Part shown: piece by piece, positions 35,597 to 45,818 of the stretch
Numbering within the stretch: the first letter of the stretch is position 1
Layout: each line of letters starts with the position of its first letter
Translations under genes and position numbers: made by a program
Source: a virus
Taxonomy: Duplodnaviria; Caudoviricetes
Length of the DNA: 64,000 bases
Virus record (IMG/VR): IMGVR_UViG_2974555739_000001
Location: 1 to 64,000 of that record
Strand: one strand, 5' to 3'
Notes under the pieces: model-generated
The model's input: the letters and a program-made list of their open reading frames with translations, nothing else
The model's database searches: none
Told to the model about the DNA's origin: nothing

Positions 35597-38500
35597 ATGG
35601 TTGAACGCTTAAAACAAACAATCAGACATCCTAAGATGGAAGTGTTAGTGGATTTTAAAGGTTTGGGCCTGAACAGAATTAATGAGTGGGAAAATATCAC
35701 TGATTATGTCCTAGATATTTCAGGTAGTAAGGAGAAAGCTACAGAATCAGTCGGTGGTGTTACTAGTGATATCGTTACATTTGCAACAGATAACAAAGGT
35801 AATGTATTTTCAAATACTAATCCTAAAAGTCCTTTTTATCAAAAAGTAAAATCAAATGTTGACTTTGTTCTCAAGACAGGATTTAAAGGTGAAGAGTTAA
35901 AAATTTATGCTGCTGGTATTATCACAAAATTCGCTCCTTCGTGGAATGACAAGAAATACAATGTAAGTGCTGAAGATTATTTTTATTTGCTGAAAAATAC
36001 TGATGCTCCTAAAACAGCTTACCAGGATGTTTCATTAGATGAACTAGTGCATATCCTTTTAGATACAGCTGAAATTCCTTCACAAATTAAGCGGATCATA
36101 CCGAAAACTGAATTCAACTTTCAGTATTTTAAATTTGAAGAAGCTAATTGTTTTGATGCCCTGAAGAAGCTAATGGAGATTTCCGTTGGTCAGGCATACT
36201 TTGAGGGACTTAATTTTGTATTTGAAACAAAGTTAGCACTTGATTATGAATTAGATTTGACTGTAAAACACACAATTGAAGAGGATGATATCTTTACCTT
36301 CGACGAAACAATTGAAGATTCAGATATTGTAAATGCTGTTTCGATTATTTCTGATCCTAAGACGATCTTTCCAAAAGAGCTTGTATTTCAAACTCCTGAA
36401 AATATCGTACAGGTAAATGAAGAACCTATTACGTTTGGTGATGGTAGTTCGTTCTTTATTGACAATACTCATTTGCCAATCATCAACAATACTGAAAATC
36501 CTATTTCGGTAAAGAATTTAACTCAAGGCCGTACGATTAATATTCTTACTGTAGATAAAAATACAGGTAAAATCACAATCGCTCCTGAAAGTTTAGCTTA
36601 TGTAGCAAAAGGTGACTTGTTAGTTGTTTCTTATTCTTATCAGCAACTAGTTTTACTTCCAGGCCAATCACGTACTTATTCACTTAGCTTATCAGGTGAG
36701 GTACACGCTCTTACAGACGTTGATGTAGCTGTTTGGGATGCAACAGGGCAATTACCTAGAGATTACTCAACAACGCCAAATAAAGCAAATACAGTATCTC
36801 TAAACCAATTCAATTTCAATCAAACTTCAGGTTTGGTTACTGTTGTTTTAAAGAACAACTATAATGAAGGTATCACAATTTCTACGCTGCAATTACGTGG
36901 TAATCCAATTAAAAGTGCTAATCCATTAGAAATTTACGTTCGTGATCTTCCTTCTATTAACGAATATAAAAAGCAAGAAATACAAATCGCTAACAATTAC
37001 TTCACGAATACGAAGTTAGCTCAAAAAATTGCACAATACATTGTAGACAATCGTTCTCAACCTAGAAAGAAAATCGGCGTTGATATGGATGGTTACACTG
37101 AATTAGAACTTAATGATATCGCAAAGGTAATTGAAAATGAAAGCGGAACAAACCATACGTTCTACGCTGATCGTATCGATTATTCTTTTTCTGCTGATGG
37201 TGGGTGGACTGCTAAAGTTACATTTACTCAAACTGAAACTGAACAATGGGTGTATGAATCATTTAAAGGTGAATCATGGGAGAAAACAAATCCTGGAAAT
37301 CCTATCGATGACTTCATTTTCGATATCAATGCAAATATGATTAAGAATGGTGGAGCTGAACTTCATACTGGAATTGCTGATTATGTAGATGCTGGTGCAA
37401 TTGGTTCTGCTCATTATGTTCCGGACTATTGGAGATTCACACGTTCAACAGGAAATGCTTCAGCTAGGATTCGTACCGGCGGTGAATTAGCTTTACATGC
37501 GGATCAGTCTTTCGAAATCTCAACATCAAATAGCGGTTCAGGTTATTATGAACAAACTATCGAAGGTGTTGTTCCTTCTAAGACACATTCAGCTTCTTTT
37601 ATAGCACGTTTAGATGGGTGTACCGGCGTTTTTATCGTTGAGCAATACGCTAACACTAGTTTAATCAAAACGCTTTCATATGACCTTCCTGAAGGCTTAA
37701 AAGAATATGAATTCCAATTCGCTTCTGAACCTACAGCAACTTCTTTTATTGTCAAGTTTCAAAAGAAAGCTGGTACAAAAGGTTCTGAATCAATGATCTT
37801 TGACAAAGTAAAAGTTGAAGAAGCCGACAAAGCTAGTTTGTATTTAGAAACTAATGAAACTCAAAGTGTTCAAGCTGGACAAAAGTATGATAATTCAGTT
37901 ATAATCGGTAATAACTACGGTGTATCGGTTTATGATGCTAATAATTCTCAACGTGTTCGTATGGGCCAATATGCACCAGGAAAGTACGGTATGCGTATTG
38001 ACAATGGAGCACTTGAAATTGTTAACGGATTATTATATGAACAACTAGCTAATGATGTAGGTAAAAAGTTAGACATCAGCGCGAATAACGCTATAACAAG
38101 TTTAGCTATGAGTATGTCAGGTCTTGATGGTGATTTAGATGCAGTTTCAGGTATCGTCAATAGTCATACAAGCCTTATCCAGCAGAACTCTGAACAGATA
38201 CAATTAAGAGTTTTATCGTCAACATACAAAACGGATAAGGATGGAATATTGAAACGTCTTTCTGACAATGAAACGGCTATCAGTCAAACGGCCCACGATA
38301 TCACCTTACTTGCTACTCAAGACTCTTTAGATGAATTAGGTAACGTTGTTGAATCAAATACAGCAGCAATCAATGTCAATGCTACTGCTATTACTCAACG
38401 TGTAACAACATCAACTTTCAATCAGGCCATTACTGATACTAAAGCTTATGCTGATTCTGCTGCTACTTCTAAAGCAAATACCGCTGAAAGTAATGCTAAA

Positions 38501-41500
38501 GCTGCTTCAGAAAAGAATATTCACATTGGTAACACTTCGCCAACCGACACAACGAGAAAATGGTTAGATACAAATACAACCATTCCGATCTTGAAGTATT
38601 ATACAGGTGGAACATGGAAAAAGTTAATTCCTACAGCTGCTTCAGATATTGGCGCTGAAACTCCATCAGGAGCACAAACTAAAGCAACAACAGCGGAAAC
38701 AAACGCTAAAAAGTATATGGATTCAGTGAATGCAACAATTCAAGATCAATTCACGGCCCAATCATCAAGCATCACTCAACTTTCGAACAGAATAGATAGT
38801 AAAGTTGAATCAACAACTTACACTCAAGGTATCGCTGATGCTAAAACTTACGCTGATGGTAAAGCTTCTACAGCTGAATCAAACGCAAAAGGATACGCCG
38901 ATACTAAAGATACCGCAACTTTAAATAGCGCTAAAGGTTATGCAGATACTAAAGATGCTGTTATCGCCGAAAGAGTAGAAACGAATTCATCTTTAATTAG
39001 TCAACAAGCGGATAAAATTTTATCTATGGTTACTAAAACCGAATTCAATAGCTTGAAAATCGGTGGTCAGAATAAAGTAACTGGAACTGATTTCAAAAAC
39101 GCTGTAGGATGGACTAGGTGGAATGTAGGTACACTTTCATTTGCTCAAGCTGATTCTAGTATGCCTAAAAATTATCTGAAAGTAGAAACAAAAGATGGAT
39201 CAGGTAACAATTTAACTGTAGCAAGCGGTCAAGCGATAGGTTTACAACATAGTGGACGAACTTTCAAGGTAATCGCTGGTCAAACTTATACAGCTTCTAT
39301 GATAGTTGCTACTAGTGAATTAGGCGGTATGTTGGATTATCTTTATGTAATTCACAAAGATGGTCAAGGTAACAAGAGATTAACCAACGTTGATACAACT
39401 AATTTCGTAACTGTTCACCCTGCTTATAGCGGCGCTCCTTCAGTTTATGATTTCAGAATGGTTTACTTCACATTTACAGCAGCACGTACAGATGACGTTT
39501 ACTTGTTAATTGGTGGTACAACAAAACGTGACTTAGGTTCTACTGCTTATGCCTGGATTCGGTTATACGACTTCAAAGTAGAAGACGGTGATAAAGCTAC
39601 TGCTTGGACTCCTTCAACAGAAGATGTCAAACAAGATATCAACACACTTTCTACTCAAATCAGTCAGACAGCTGAAGATATCTCATTGAATGTTGTTAAA
39701 AATAACAAAGTATTGACAGCTATCAACGCTTCAGCAGAAGGTGTTAAAATCAAAGCTGATCGTTTAGATATCACTGGATTAGTAACATTCAACGTACTAA
39801 ATAACGATATGCAATCAAGAATTTCTAATGCAGATCAAGCTTATGCTGATACTGCTAGATGGAAATTACCAAACACAACTTTAATCAATGGTGGATTAAT
39901 CGCTGCTGATACAGTTACAGCTAGTCAGATTTTAGTTGGATCGTGGGAAAACCTTTACCAAAACGGCGGCTTCGAAAAGAAAGATGCTGGATGGAAAAAT
40001 GCTTCTGTTTGGTCAGTAGTTTCAACAGCTCCTTACAATGGAACGTATCACGCTGAAGGAACTTGGGGTAGTAGCGGTGCTGTTTCTTACTATGATGACC
40101 GTGAAATTGATGTCAGACCAGGAGAAAAATATTACTTCGAAGGTTATTTCCGTACAAAAACTTCTACTACAACGAAAGCTAGAACTATCCTGGTGAGATT
40201 TAAAGATAAAACAGGATCTTATTCTTACAATATCGTTGAAGAAACGTTATCTACTTCTTGGCAAAAGTTTTCTTATGTTGTAGATATTCCTTCTGATTGT
40301 GTATCGATGACTATAGGTTTATCTGTAAAAGGCGGTATGCCTTCAGGAAATTCAACATATGCAGATAACTTATTCTGTAAGCGAATGACAGACGGTTCTT
40401 TAATTGTCGATGGAACAATTACAGCTAGTATGATTAAATCATTAAATGGTTTAAATATTGGTAGCGGTCAGTTTACAGTAGATGGATCAGGTAACGTAAT
40501 TATTGGTGGTGGAGCAACTTTAAGAGCCGCTAAGTTTGAAGGTCTAAGAGGTAACACAATTTCATTTGGTGATTACGGTGCTAAAATTGATACTTCTATC
40601 GCTGGAACAATCAAACGTACACGTTTTGCTGGAAACGATACAAACTACCTAGCTATTGATGATGACGGTACTTTCAACTTTGTTATGAATGGTGACTTCA
40701 ACCCTAAATTTTATATCGCTAATGGTGGACACAAAGGATTGAAATTAGGGATGGGCCAAATCATCGGCCTGACTGATGGTGAAGCTATTCACGTTCGTAA
40801 CGGCGCTAACTCTGATTATGGTAAGTTTGCTGCTGGTGATGTTGCTGTAACGAAAGAACTTGATGTTTGGGGCAAAGCTAAAATTGGTGGTACAGATTTA
40901 ACTATTAACGGCTCTACAGCTGGTATGCTTAAATTGAAAGGTTCTCCATATGCTTATATGGAATTCTACGCTAATGGAACTCAAGTTGGTTTTGTTGGTT
41001 TAGAACAAGCTTCAGGTCAAAATAACGTGATGCTTCAGAATAACAACGGCGGCGAAGTGTTAATTAAAACTGCCGCAACTCGTGTTAAATTTGACCGATC
41101 TGTTGGACAAGTTGTTTTTAAAGATCAGAATGATAATGGTTACATTAGCTTGGTCGCTAAAGATTTCGTTCCTGGATCATTAAGAGAACTAAAGAAAGAT
41201 ATCGCGCCTTTTGAAAAAACTTCAACAGGAAGAACAGTTTTAGAAGAGATTTGCAGCACAACGGTATTTAATTATCGTTACAATGAAGAAGACAGTAAAA
41301 TCGATCCGTTAAGAATGGGTTTGATTTATGATTCTGCTCCTTACGAAGTTATTGATCCGCGCGGTCAAGGTATTAATTTGTATGGTTTAGCTACAATGTC
41401 CTTCCAGGGCGTAAAGGAATTGAACATTAAATTAGAAGAAAAAGTTTCTGAATTAGAAATGACTATCGACTCCTTGAGTGCTAGAATAGCTATTTTGGAA

Positions 41501-41509
41501 ACAAAGTAA
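35597..41509 (+). CDS. Tail hub/central fibre (Tal/RBP) with CBMs and C-terminal intramolecular chaperone
   Basis: Hub N-terminus; NMIKNGG, NKVTGTDF and NLYQNGGFE CBM starts; coiled-coil repeats (TAESNAKxYAD); S74-like SLRELKKDI...GLIY...GINLY...GVKEL. Confidence 0.85.
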   Translation: MVERLKQTIRHPKMEVLVDFKGLGLNRINEWENITDYVLDISGSKEKATESVGGVTSDIVTFATDNKGNVFSNTNPKSPFYQKVKSNVDFVLKTGFKGEELKIYAAGIITKFAPSWNDKKYNVSAEDYFYLLKNTDAPKTAYQDVSLDELVHILLDTAEIPSQIKRIIPKTEFNFQYFKFEEANCFDALKKLMEISVGQAYFEGLNFVFETKLALDYELDLTVKHTIEEDDIFTFDETIEDSDIVNAVSIISDPKTIFPKELVFQTPENIVQVNEEPITFGDGSSFFIDNTHLPIINNTENPISVKNLTQGRTINILTVDKNTGKITIAPESLAYVAKGDLLVVSYSYQQLVLLPGQSRTYSLSLSGEVHALTDVDVAVWDATGQLPRDYSTTPNKANTVSLNQFNFNQTSGLVTVVLKNNYNEGITISTLQLRGNPIKSANPLEIYVRDLPSINEYKKQEIQIANNYFTNTKLAQKIAQYIVDNRSQPRKKIGVDMDGYTELELNDIAKVIENESGTNHTFYADRIDYSFSADGGWTAKVTFTQTETEQWVYESFKGESWEKTNPGNPIDDFIFDINANMIKNGGAELHTGIADYVDAGAIGSAHYVPDYWRFTRSTGNASARIRTGGELALHADQSFEISTSNSGSGYYEQTIEGVVPSKTHSASFIARLDGCTGVFIVEQYANTSLIKTLSYDLPEGLKEYEFQFASEPTATSFIVKFQKKAGTKGSESMIFDKVKVEEADKASLYLETNETQSVQAGQKYDNSVIIGNNYGVSVYDANNSQRVRMGQYAPGKYGMRIDNGALEIVNGLLYEQLANDVGKKLDISANNAITSLAMSMSGLDGDLDAVSGIVNSHTSLIQQNSEQIQLRVLSSTYKTDKDGILKRLSDNETAISQTAHDITLLATQDSLDELGNVVESNTAAINVNATAITQRVTTSTFNQAITDTKAYADSAATSKANTAESNAKAASEKNIHIGNTSPTDTTRKWLDTNTTIPILKYYTGGTWKKLIPTAASDIGAETPSGAQTKATTAETNAKKYMDSVNATIQDQFTAQSSSITQLSNRIDSKVESTTYTQGIADAKTYADGKASTAESNAKGYADTKDTATLNSAKGYADTKDAVIAERVETNSSLISQQADKILSMVTKTEFNSLKIGGQNKVTGTDFKNAVGWTRWNVGTLSFAQADSSMPKNYLKVETKDGSGNNLTVASGQAIGLQHSGRTFKVIAGQTYTASMIVATSELGGMLDYLYVIHKDGQGNKRLTNVDTTNFVTVHPAYSGAPSVYDFRMVYFTFTAARTDDVYLLIGGTTKRDLGSTAYAWIRLYDFKVEDGDKATAWTPSTEDVKQDINTLSTQISQTAEDISLNVVKNNKVLTAINASAEGVKIKADRLDITGLVTFNVLNNDMQSRISNADQAYADTARWKLPNTTLINGGLIAADTVTASQILVGSWENLYQNGGFEKKDAGWKNASVWSVVSTAPYNGTYHAEGTWGSSGAVSYYDDREIDVRPGEKYYFEGYFRTKTSTTTKARTILVRFKDKTGSYSYNIVEETLSTSWQKFSYVVDIPSDCVSMTIGLSVKGGMPSGNSTYADNLFCKRMTDGSLIVDGTITASMIKSLNGLNIGSGQFTVDGSGNVIIGGGATLRAAKFEGLRGNTISFGDYGAKIDTSIAGTIKRTRFAGNDTNYLAIDDDGTFNFVMNGDFNPKFYIANGGHKGLKLGMGQIIGLTDGEAIHVRNGANSDYGKFAAGDVAVTKELDVWGKAKIGGTDLTINGSTAGMLKLKGSPYAYMEFYANGTQVGFVGLEQASGQNNVMLQNNNGGEVLIKTAATRVKFDRSVGQVVFKDQNDNGYISLVAKDFVPGSLRELKKDIAPFEKTSTGRTVLEEICSTTVFNYRYNEEDSKIDPLRMGLIYDSAPYEVIDPRGQGINLYGLATMSFQGVKELNIKLEEKVSELEMTIDSLSARIAILETK

Positions 41510-41524
41510 ATAATAGGAATAAAA

Positions 41525-41558
41525 TGGAGTGGTTTTTATAACCATTCCTTTCTTTTTT
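41525..41558 (+). terminator. Rho-independent terminator
   Basis: GGAGTGGTT/AACCATTCC stem plus TTTCTTTTTT. Confidence 0.7.
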
Positions 41559-41560
41559 GT

Positions 41561-41590
41561 GAGATTTTGTATTTTGTTATATGTATTAAT
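41561..41590 (+). promoter_or_regulatory. Putative phage late promoter (lysis operon)
   Basis: GAGATT-N16-GTATTAAT. Confidence 0.6.
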
Positions 41591-41622
41591 GTTACATGAG
41601 ACAAATTTAGGAGGTGCTAGGA

Positions 41623-41799
41623 ATGGACAAGCAACAATTACAACCAACATTTGAAGATGTGGTAAAAGAATTAAAGGCTAGGATCGGCGATTTAGAAGTA
41701 GAAAAAGCTATCGCTGTTTCCGCTAATGCTAAAAAAGATATTTATATTGCTGAATTAGAAGCTAAATTACCAGCTGAAGAACCAAAAGAAGAAAAATAA
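41623..41799 (+). CDS. Hypothetical coiled-coil protein
   Basis: AGGAGG RBS; ORF track 41614..41799. Confidence 0.6.
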   Translation: MDKQQLQPTFEDVVKELKARIGDLEVEKAIAVSANAKKDIYIAELEAKLPAEEPKEEK

Positions 41800-41812
41800 G
41801 GAGTGAAAACAG

Positions 41813-42259
41813 ATGGTTTCTGAAATCACTAAGACCGCTTCAGAATTAGCCGGTTCACAGTTTGTTTTCGGAATCCTTTTCATTCTTCTTTTGGTTGCTG
41901 TTTTGTGGAGTGTTCATAAAGCTTTTACTCAAGTGCAACAGAATAATATTGCTCAAGCTAATAAAATGGATGATATGCACTTGCAGCGGCAAGCACAACT
42001 AATGGAAATATTACAAGAAAACAAATCCGAAAGCAAAGAACGCGAAGATAAGTTGTATGCAGAACGCGAAAAATTAGTTTTGACAATTGATCGTTATAAT
42101 GACCAATTAGAAGCTTTGAGTGATACACAAACCAACACAAATGAGACATTAAATAAGATGCAAGACAACCTAGAAAACCTTCAAACTAATTTCACTGAAA
42201 TGAATTACAGTGTAAGAGTATTGAATGATCGTGTTGATCGTATCGAACGAAAAAATTAA
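41813..42259 (+). CDS. BhlA/UviB-type holin-like protein
   Basis: SQFVFGILFILLL single TM, then KEREDKL coiled coil. Confidence 0.7.
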   Translation: MVSEITKTASELAGSQFVFGILFILLLVAVLWSVHKAFTQVQQNNIAQANKMDDMHLQRQAQLMEILQENKSESKEREDKLYAEREKLVLTIDRYNDQLEALSDTQTNTNETLNKMQDNLENLQTNFTEMNYSVRVLNDRVDRIERKN

Positions 42260-42265
42260 TTAGGA

Positions 42266-43453
42266 GTGGTAAAAATGGCTTATACATTAGACGATTTACT
42301 GAAGAAAGCGAAACCTAGATTAGAGGGAGTTCATCCATCGGTTCAGGCATGTGCGCTACAATTGATTACTAAAGCTTATGCTAAAGGTTATAAATTGATT
42401 ATCACACAAGGATTACGAACAATTTACGAACAAAATAAGTTATATGCAAAAGGACGTACAACGGCACAATTACGAGCTGTTGGTATTAGTGGAATCGCTG
42501 GTAATCCTTCAGCTGCTATCGTTACTCGTGCAAAAGGCGGTACTTCTTATCATAACTACGGTTTGGCATTTGATATCGGAATTTTACGAACTGATGAAAA
42601 AGATGTTGATTGGACTGATTCAAAATACCGTCCTATTGGAGCTTTAGGAAAAGAATTAGGTTTAGAATGGGGTGGAGATTTCAAGTCAATTAAAGATACT
42701 CCACATTATCAGTTATCTTTCGGCCTTTCTATTGCTGATTTACAAGCAGGAAAACGTCCTAAAAACTCAACTGTATCTGTTCATCCAGGAGTTCAAGTTG
42801 TTAAGATGGGTTCTGAAGGTTCACTAGTAAAAGAAGTCCAACAAAAACTTAACAAATTAGGTTTTGATTGTGGTGATCCGGATGGTATTGCTGGTAAGAA
42901 AACTGTAGCTGCTATCGAAGACTTCCAGGCTAAATTTGGTCTTTCTAAAGATGGTATTGCTGGACGTGATACTTTAGCGAAATTGAACCAATTAGCTGCT
43001 GAAAAAACTGAAGAAGTTAAAAAAGAAGCAGAAAAGAAAGACTTACCTAAAGTTGAATCTTTCGGCGGTACACCAATTCGTGTAACTACTATCACCGATG
43101 CAGGAGTTTATCGTCATGCTGATATCTCTGACAAACATCGTACGATTAAAAAAGGAACAACTTTTAGAGTATACGGAAACACTTATGCAGCATGGGCCGT
43201 TAATGATGGTTTCGTTCAAATGAAAGATGTTGAACCTCAAGCAATGACTATTCATACCGGCGGCGTTAATATTGCTATGCAAACTGAATTGAAGCGTTTT
43301 ATGTCAGGTCTTAACAAAGATACTGTATTAATCTTCAAATCAGAAGGTGGTAATCCTTACGCTGAAATTACTGCTAAAGGTTTAGTATTAGTTGAAATCC
43401 TTCGTTACCTAAAAGCTAACAAATGGTATTACAAAGAAGCTCCAAAAGCTTAA
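42266..43453 (+). CDS. Endolysin: M15C L-Ala-D-Glu peptidase + PG-binding domain + C-terminal cell-wall-binding region
   Basis: QGLRT..EQ..LYA.GRT, SYHNYGLAFD, EWGGDF...D.PH.Q; PG_binding_1 DGIAGKKT..AI..FQ...DGIAG. Confidence 0.92.
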   Translation: MVKMAYTLDDLLKKAKPRLEGVHPSVQACALQLITKAYAKGYKLIITQGLRTIYEQNKLYAKGRTTAQLRAVGISGIAGNPSAAIVTRAKGGTSYHNYGLAFDIGILRTDEKDVDWTDSKYRPIGALGKELGLEWGGDFKSIKDTPHYQLSFGLSIADLQAGKRPKNSTVSVHPGVQVVKMGSEGSLVKEVQQKLNKLGFDCGDPDGIAGKKTVAAIEDFQAKFGLSKDGIAGRDTLAKLNQLAAEKTEEVKKEAEKKDLPKVESFGGTPIRVTTITDAGVYRHADISDKHRTIKKGTTFRVYGNTYAAWAVNDGFVQMKDVEPQAMTIHTGGVNIAMQTELKRFMSGLNKDTVLIFKSEGGNPYAEITAKGLVLVEILRYLKANKWYYKEAPKA

Positions 43454-43463
43454 TTTTTAGGAG

Positions 43464-43733
43464 GTGAACAAAATGGACAAAGGTACTTTAATTCGTACGG
43501 TGCTCCTAGTCGTGGCCCTGATTAACCAAACGTTAATTATGGTGGGTAAACCTGTTTTACCGGTAGACGAACACCAATTAACTAACCTGATCGACAACGC
43601 TTATTTATGGGGATCGACGGTTTATTCAATCGTTATGATCCTGGTAGCATGGTATCGAAACAACTTCATTACTAAGAAAGGTAAGGCCCAAAAAGAAGTT
43701 CTAAAGAAACACGGTCTTACTAAAGCAAAATAA
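43464..43733 (+). CDS. SPP1-family holin (ATG 43473)
   Basis: MDKGTLIRTVLLVVALINQ...AWYRNNFITKKG..QKEVL. Confidence 0.9.
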   Translation: MNKMDKGTLIRTVLLVVALINQTLIMVGKPVLPVDEHQLTNLIDNAYLWGSTVYSIVMILVAWYRNNFITKKGKAQKEVLKKHGLTKAK

Positions 43734-43766
43734 AAAGGAGGGCGTAATAGCCTTCCTCTTTTTTAT
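43733..43766. terminator. Bidirectional terminator between convergent arms
   Basis: A-run, AGGAGGGC-GTAATA-GCCTTCCT stem, T-run. Confidence 0.8.
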
Positions 43767-44308
43767 ATCTTGACAAACTTATTGTACCCCATTTGCGGAA
43801 AGATATGATATTCAATTTTGTTCGCTTCGATCATTTCTGCTAAGAATCCAGCTATGTCATTTTCGACAACGTTACAATATCCATCTGTCAAGAAATTATC
43901 AAACATTTTTTCAGCTACTAACTTTTTTCTTTTGGTTTCCATTTCCTCTTTTCTCATTAGGAAATAACTAGCAGCATGTCCACTTAATTTAATTCCTTGA
44001 TCCGTACATTCAACTTCAGGAGCTTTAAATTCCTTCTTTTTGAATTCTTCGATGTTAGCTTGTAATTCGTATAATCTTTCTTGTAAATTATTGAAATTAG
44101 CGCCAAAAATATCAGCGATTTTGACGCAATCTACAACTGACACGTTCACAGCTTCGAAAAAGCCTTCTGAAGAATTATGATAACCTTGAGAGTAATTGTA
44201 TTCTGATATGGTAAAAAGACCATTAGACTGCAATCTGAAGCTAAGAAAATCACGTTTCGAACTCCTTTCAATGGAAGCTCCTGGAAAAGTTGTAATTCTT
44301 TTGTTCAT
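43763..44308 (-). CDS. Hypothetical protein
   Basis: GGGGG RBS; 181 aa. Confidence 0.65.
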   Translation of the reverse strand: MNKRITTFPGASIERSSKRDFLSFRLQSNGLFTISEYNYSQGYHNSSEGFFEAVNVSVVDCVKIADIFGANFNNLQERLYELQANIEEFKKKEFKAPEVECTDQGIKLSGHAASYFLMRKEEMETKRKKLVAEKMFDNFLTDGYCNVVENDIAGFLAEMIEANKIEYHIFPQMGYNKFVKI

Positions 44309-44330
44309 TTGTAAATTCCCCCTATAAAAT

Positions 44331-44498
44331 TTATAATGTTGTTTGTTCAGCGGTAATTTTTCTTAAATGTCTAGCTACCGTTTCGACAACTTCAAAATAT
44401 TCCTTGTCACCAAATAAATTAAACAAAAACATGTAGTCGTTATAAACATCCAAGAGTCCATCAATAATTTCTTTTTTTGACAATTCTTTTTGTTTCAT
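44331..44498 (-). CDS. Hypothetical protein (55 aa, MKQKELSKKEIIDGLL...), not in ORF track
   Basis: AGGAGG RBS; downstream of a sigma-A promoter. Confidence 0.7.
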   Translation of the reverse strand: MKQKELSKKEIIDGLLDVYNDYMFLFNLFGDKEYFEVVETVARHLRKITAEQTTL

Positions 44499-44530
44499 TA
44501 TAACTACCTCCTATTTAATTGGTTAACCTT

Positions 44531-44559
44531 ATTATAAATGGTAAATTCCTATAAGTCAA
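44531..44559 (-). promoter_or_regulatory. Sigma-A promoter
   Basis: TTGACT-N17-TATAAT on minus strand. Confidence 0.8.
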
Positions 44560-45063
44560 TTATAATTTTGGTAAATATTCGTTTTGAATCAGCCAATGAA
44601 TGCCTATACCGACAGAATCACTGGCATCGTCAGTTAAGAAATTCAATTCTTTGTTTTTGTGCCAAATTCTTTTGCTATATTTTTTTACTTCATTTTCAAC
44701 ATCTTCTTTACTTGCCGATCCGTTTCCAGTGAAATCTTTTTTGAACGACTTATTGTTCAACTCTTCTACTTCGGAAAAGGCAAATACTTTGTTAGTTATA
44801 CCATGAACCAACGCTAATTTATATCCTGATAGTCCAGCTTGATTAACCCATTCTTCCTTTACGACTTTATGAGGAAAATAATTTTGCCTTAACGTAGACA
44901 GAAACATTTCTAAGTGAATAAGCTTCTTTCCTTCATCTTTTGTTTCGAAATGGTTATTGTTAATATGTCCATAATTCAAAAGTTTCGGCTTATTTCTAAT
45001 GTCGAAAATAGCATATCCGTACGAATTTAATGATGGATCAAGACAAATCAAAAACATCTTCAT
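44560..45063 (-). CDS. RuvC-like Holliday junction resolvase
   Basis: CLDPSLNSYGYA, VVKEE, K...G.G.ASKE.V, DD.SDS.GIG. Confidence 0.85.
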   Translation of the reverse strand: MKMFLICLDPSLNSYGYAIFDIRNKPKLLNYGHINNNHFETKDEGKKLIHLEMFLSTLRQNYFPHKVVKEEWVNQAGLSGYKLALVHGITNKVFAFSEVEELNNKSFKKDFTGNGSASKEDVENEVKKYSKRIWHKNKELNFLTDDASDSVGIGIHWLIQNEYLPKL

Positions 45064-45769
45064 CTACCTCTTTTCTGTTAAAAGGCTTATTCAAACCTTT
45101 TTCTCTTATGAAGTCGTTATAAGTGTCAATAGCTTCTTCTTTCGTTATATAATTACCTAAGAATTTTTTCTTCTTATCGAAAGATATTTCACATTTAAAG
45201 AAAGAACCTATTTGTTTTATCCCTACATCTTTAGTAGTACCTGTGAATTTATCGATTATCTTTCGAATATCTTTTTTATCGCGAAGTTTTTCTTTTGGCA
45301 CGTCATTCAAAAAGGCATATTCACCATATTTTCTTTTAGCGAATAAATTGTAAGCAAAAGCTGCTGATTCTTCTTCATTAAAATAACCTATTGTTTTTGT
45401 TGTTTTTCCTTCAGCTATTTTCGCTATCCAGGTATTTTTTGTTTTACAAAAATGAACACCTTTATATTTAGAAGAAAGAACTTTTATCTTTCGTGTGTTC
45501 CCTTGACTTTGACTTTCACTACATACCCTCAAATTTTCCCTGGTGTTATTCAGGGTATCGTGATCTTCGTGATCTACTATTTTACCTTCAGGAAAATTCA
45601 TTATTTCTCTATGCATCATAACTTTACCTTTAGGAGTATTTCTTACAGCGTAACCATTAGACGTTTCGTGCCAATTATACTGATTCAAATAGTTAAAATC
45701 GCATTCACTAACTTTAACTTCATTTCCGCTACTTAATGTTATAGTTCTATGCATTTCCTTTACCTCCAT
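45038..45769 (-). CDS. HNH-AP2 homing endonuclease
   Basis: MHREIM...VDHEDHDTLNNTRENLR; AP2 SKYKGV...W.A.I...IGYF..EE.AA.AYN. Confidence 0.9.
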   Translation of the reverse strand: MEVKEMHRTITLSSGNEVKVSECDFNYLNQYNWHETSNGYAVRNTPKGKVMMHREIMNFPEGKIVDHEDHDTLNNTRENLRVCSESQSQGNTRKIKVLSSKYKGVHFCKTKNTWIAKIAEGKTTKTIGYFNEEESAAFAYNLFAKRKYGEYAFLNDVPKEKLRDKKDIRKIIDKFTGTTKDVGIKQIGSFFKCEISFDKKKKFLGNYITKEEAIDTYNDFIREKGLNKPFNRKEVDEDVFDLS

Positions 45770-45818
45770 AAAAAAACACCCTTTCGCATTTTATACAAAC
45801 ATTAATACGAAAGAGTGT
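45770..45818 (-). terminator. Rho-independent terminator containing a late promoter
   Basis: Minus strand ACACTCTTTCGTAT-N15-ATGCGAAAGGGTGT plus T7. Confidence 0.75.

Noticed and set aside
38380-38960. Repeats in the tail fibre (TAESNAK/YADTKD) as a diversity-generating retroelement or CRISPR-like array
   Set aside because: Degenerate protein-level coiled-coil repeats; no reverse transcriptase, no identical DNA repeats or spacers
12127-39000. Many antisense or alternate-frame ORFs from the track (e.g. 12127-12489, 15201-15548, 32304-32672, 35425-35700)
   Set aside because: Fully overlap well-supported genes and lack RBSs; expected shadow ORFs
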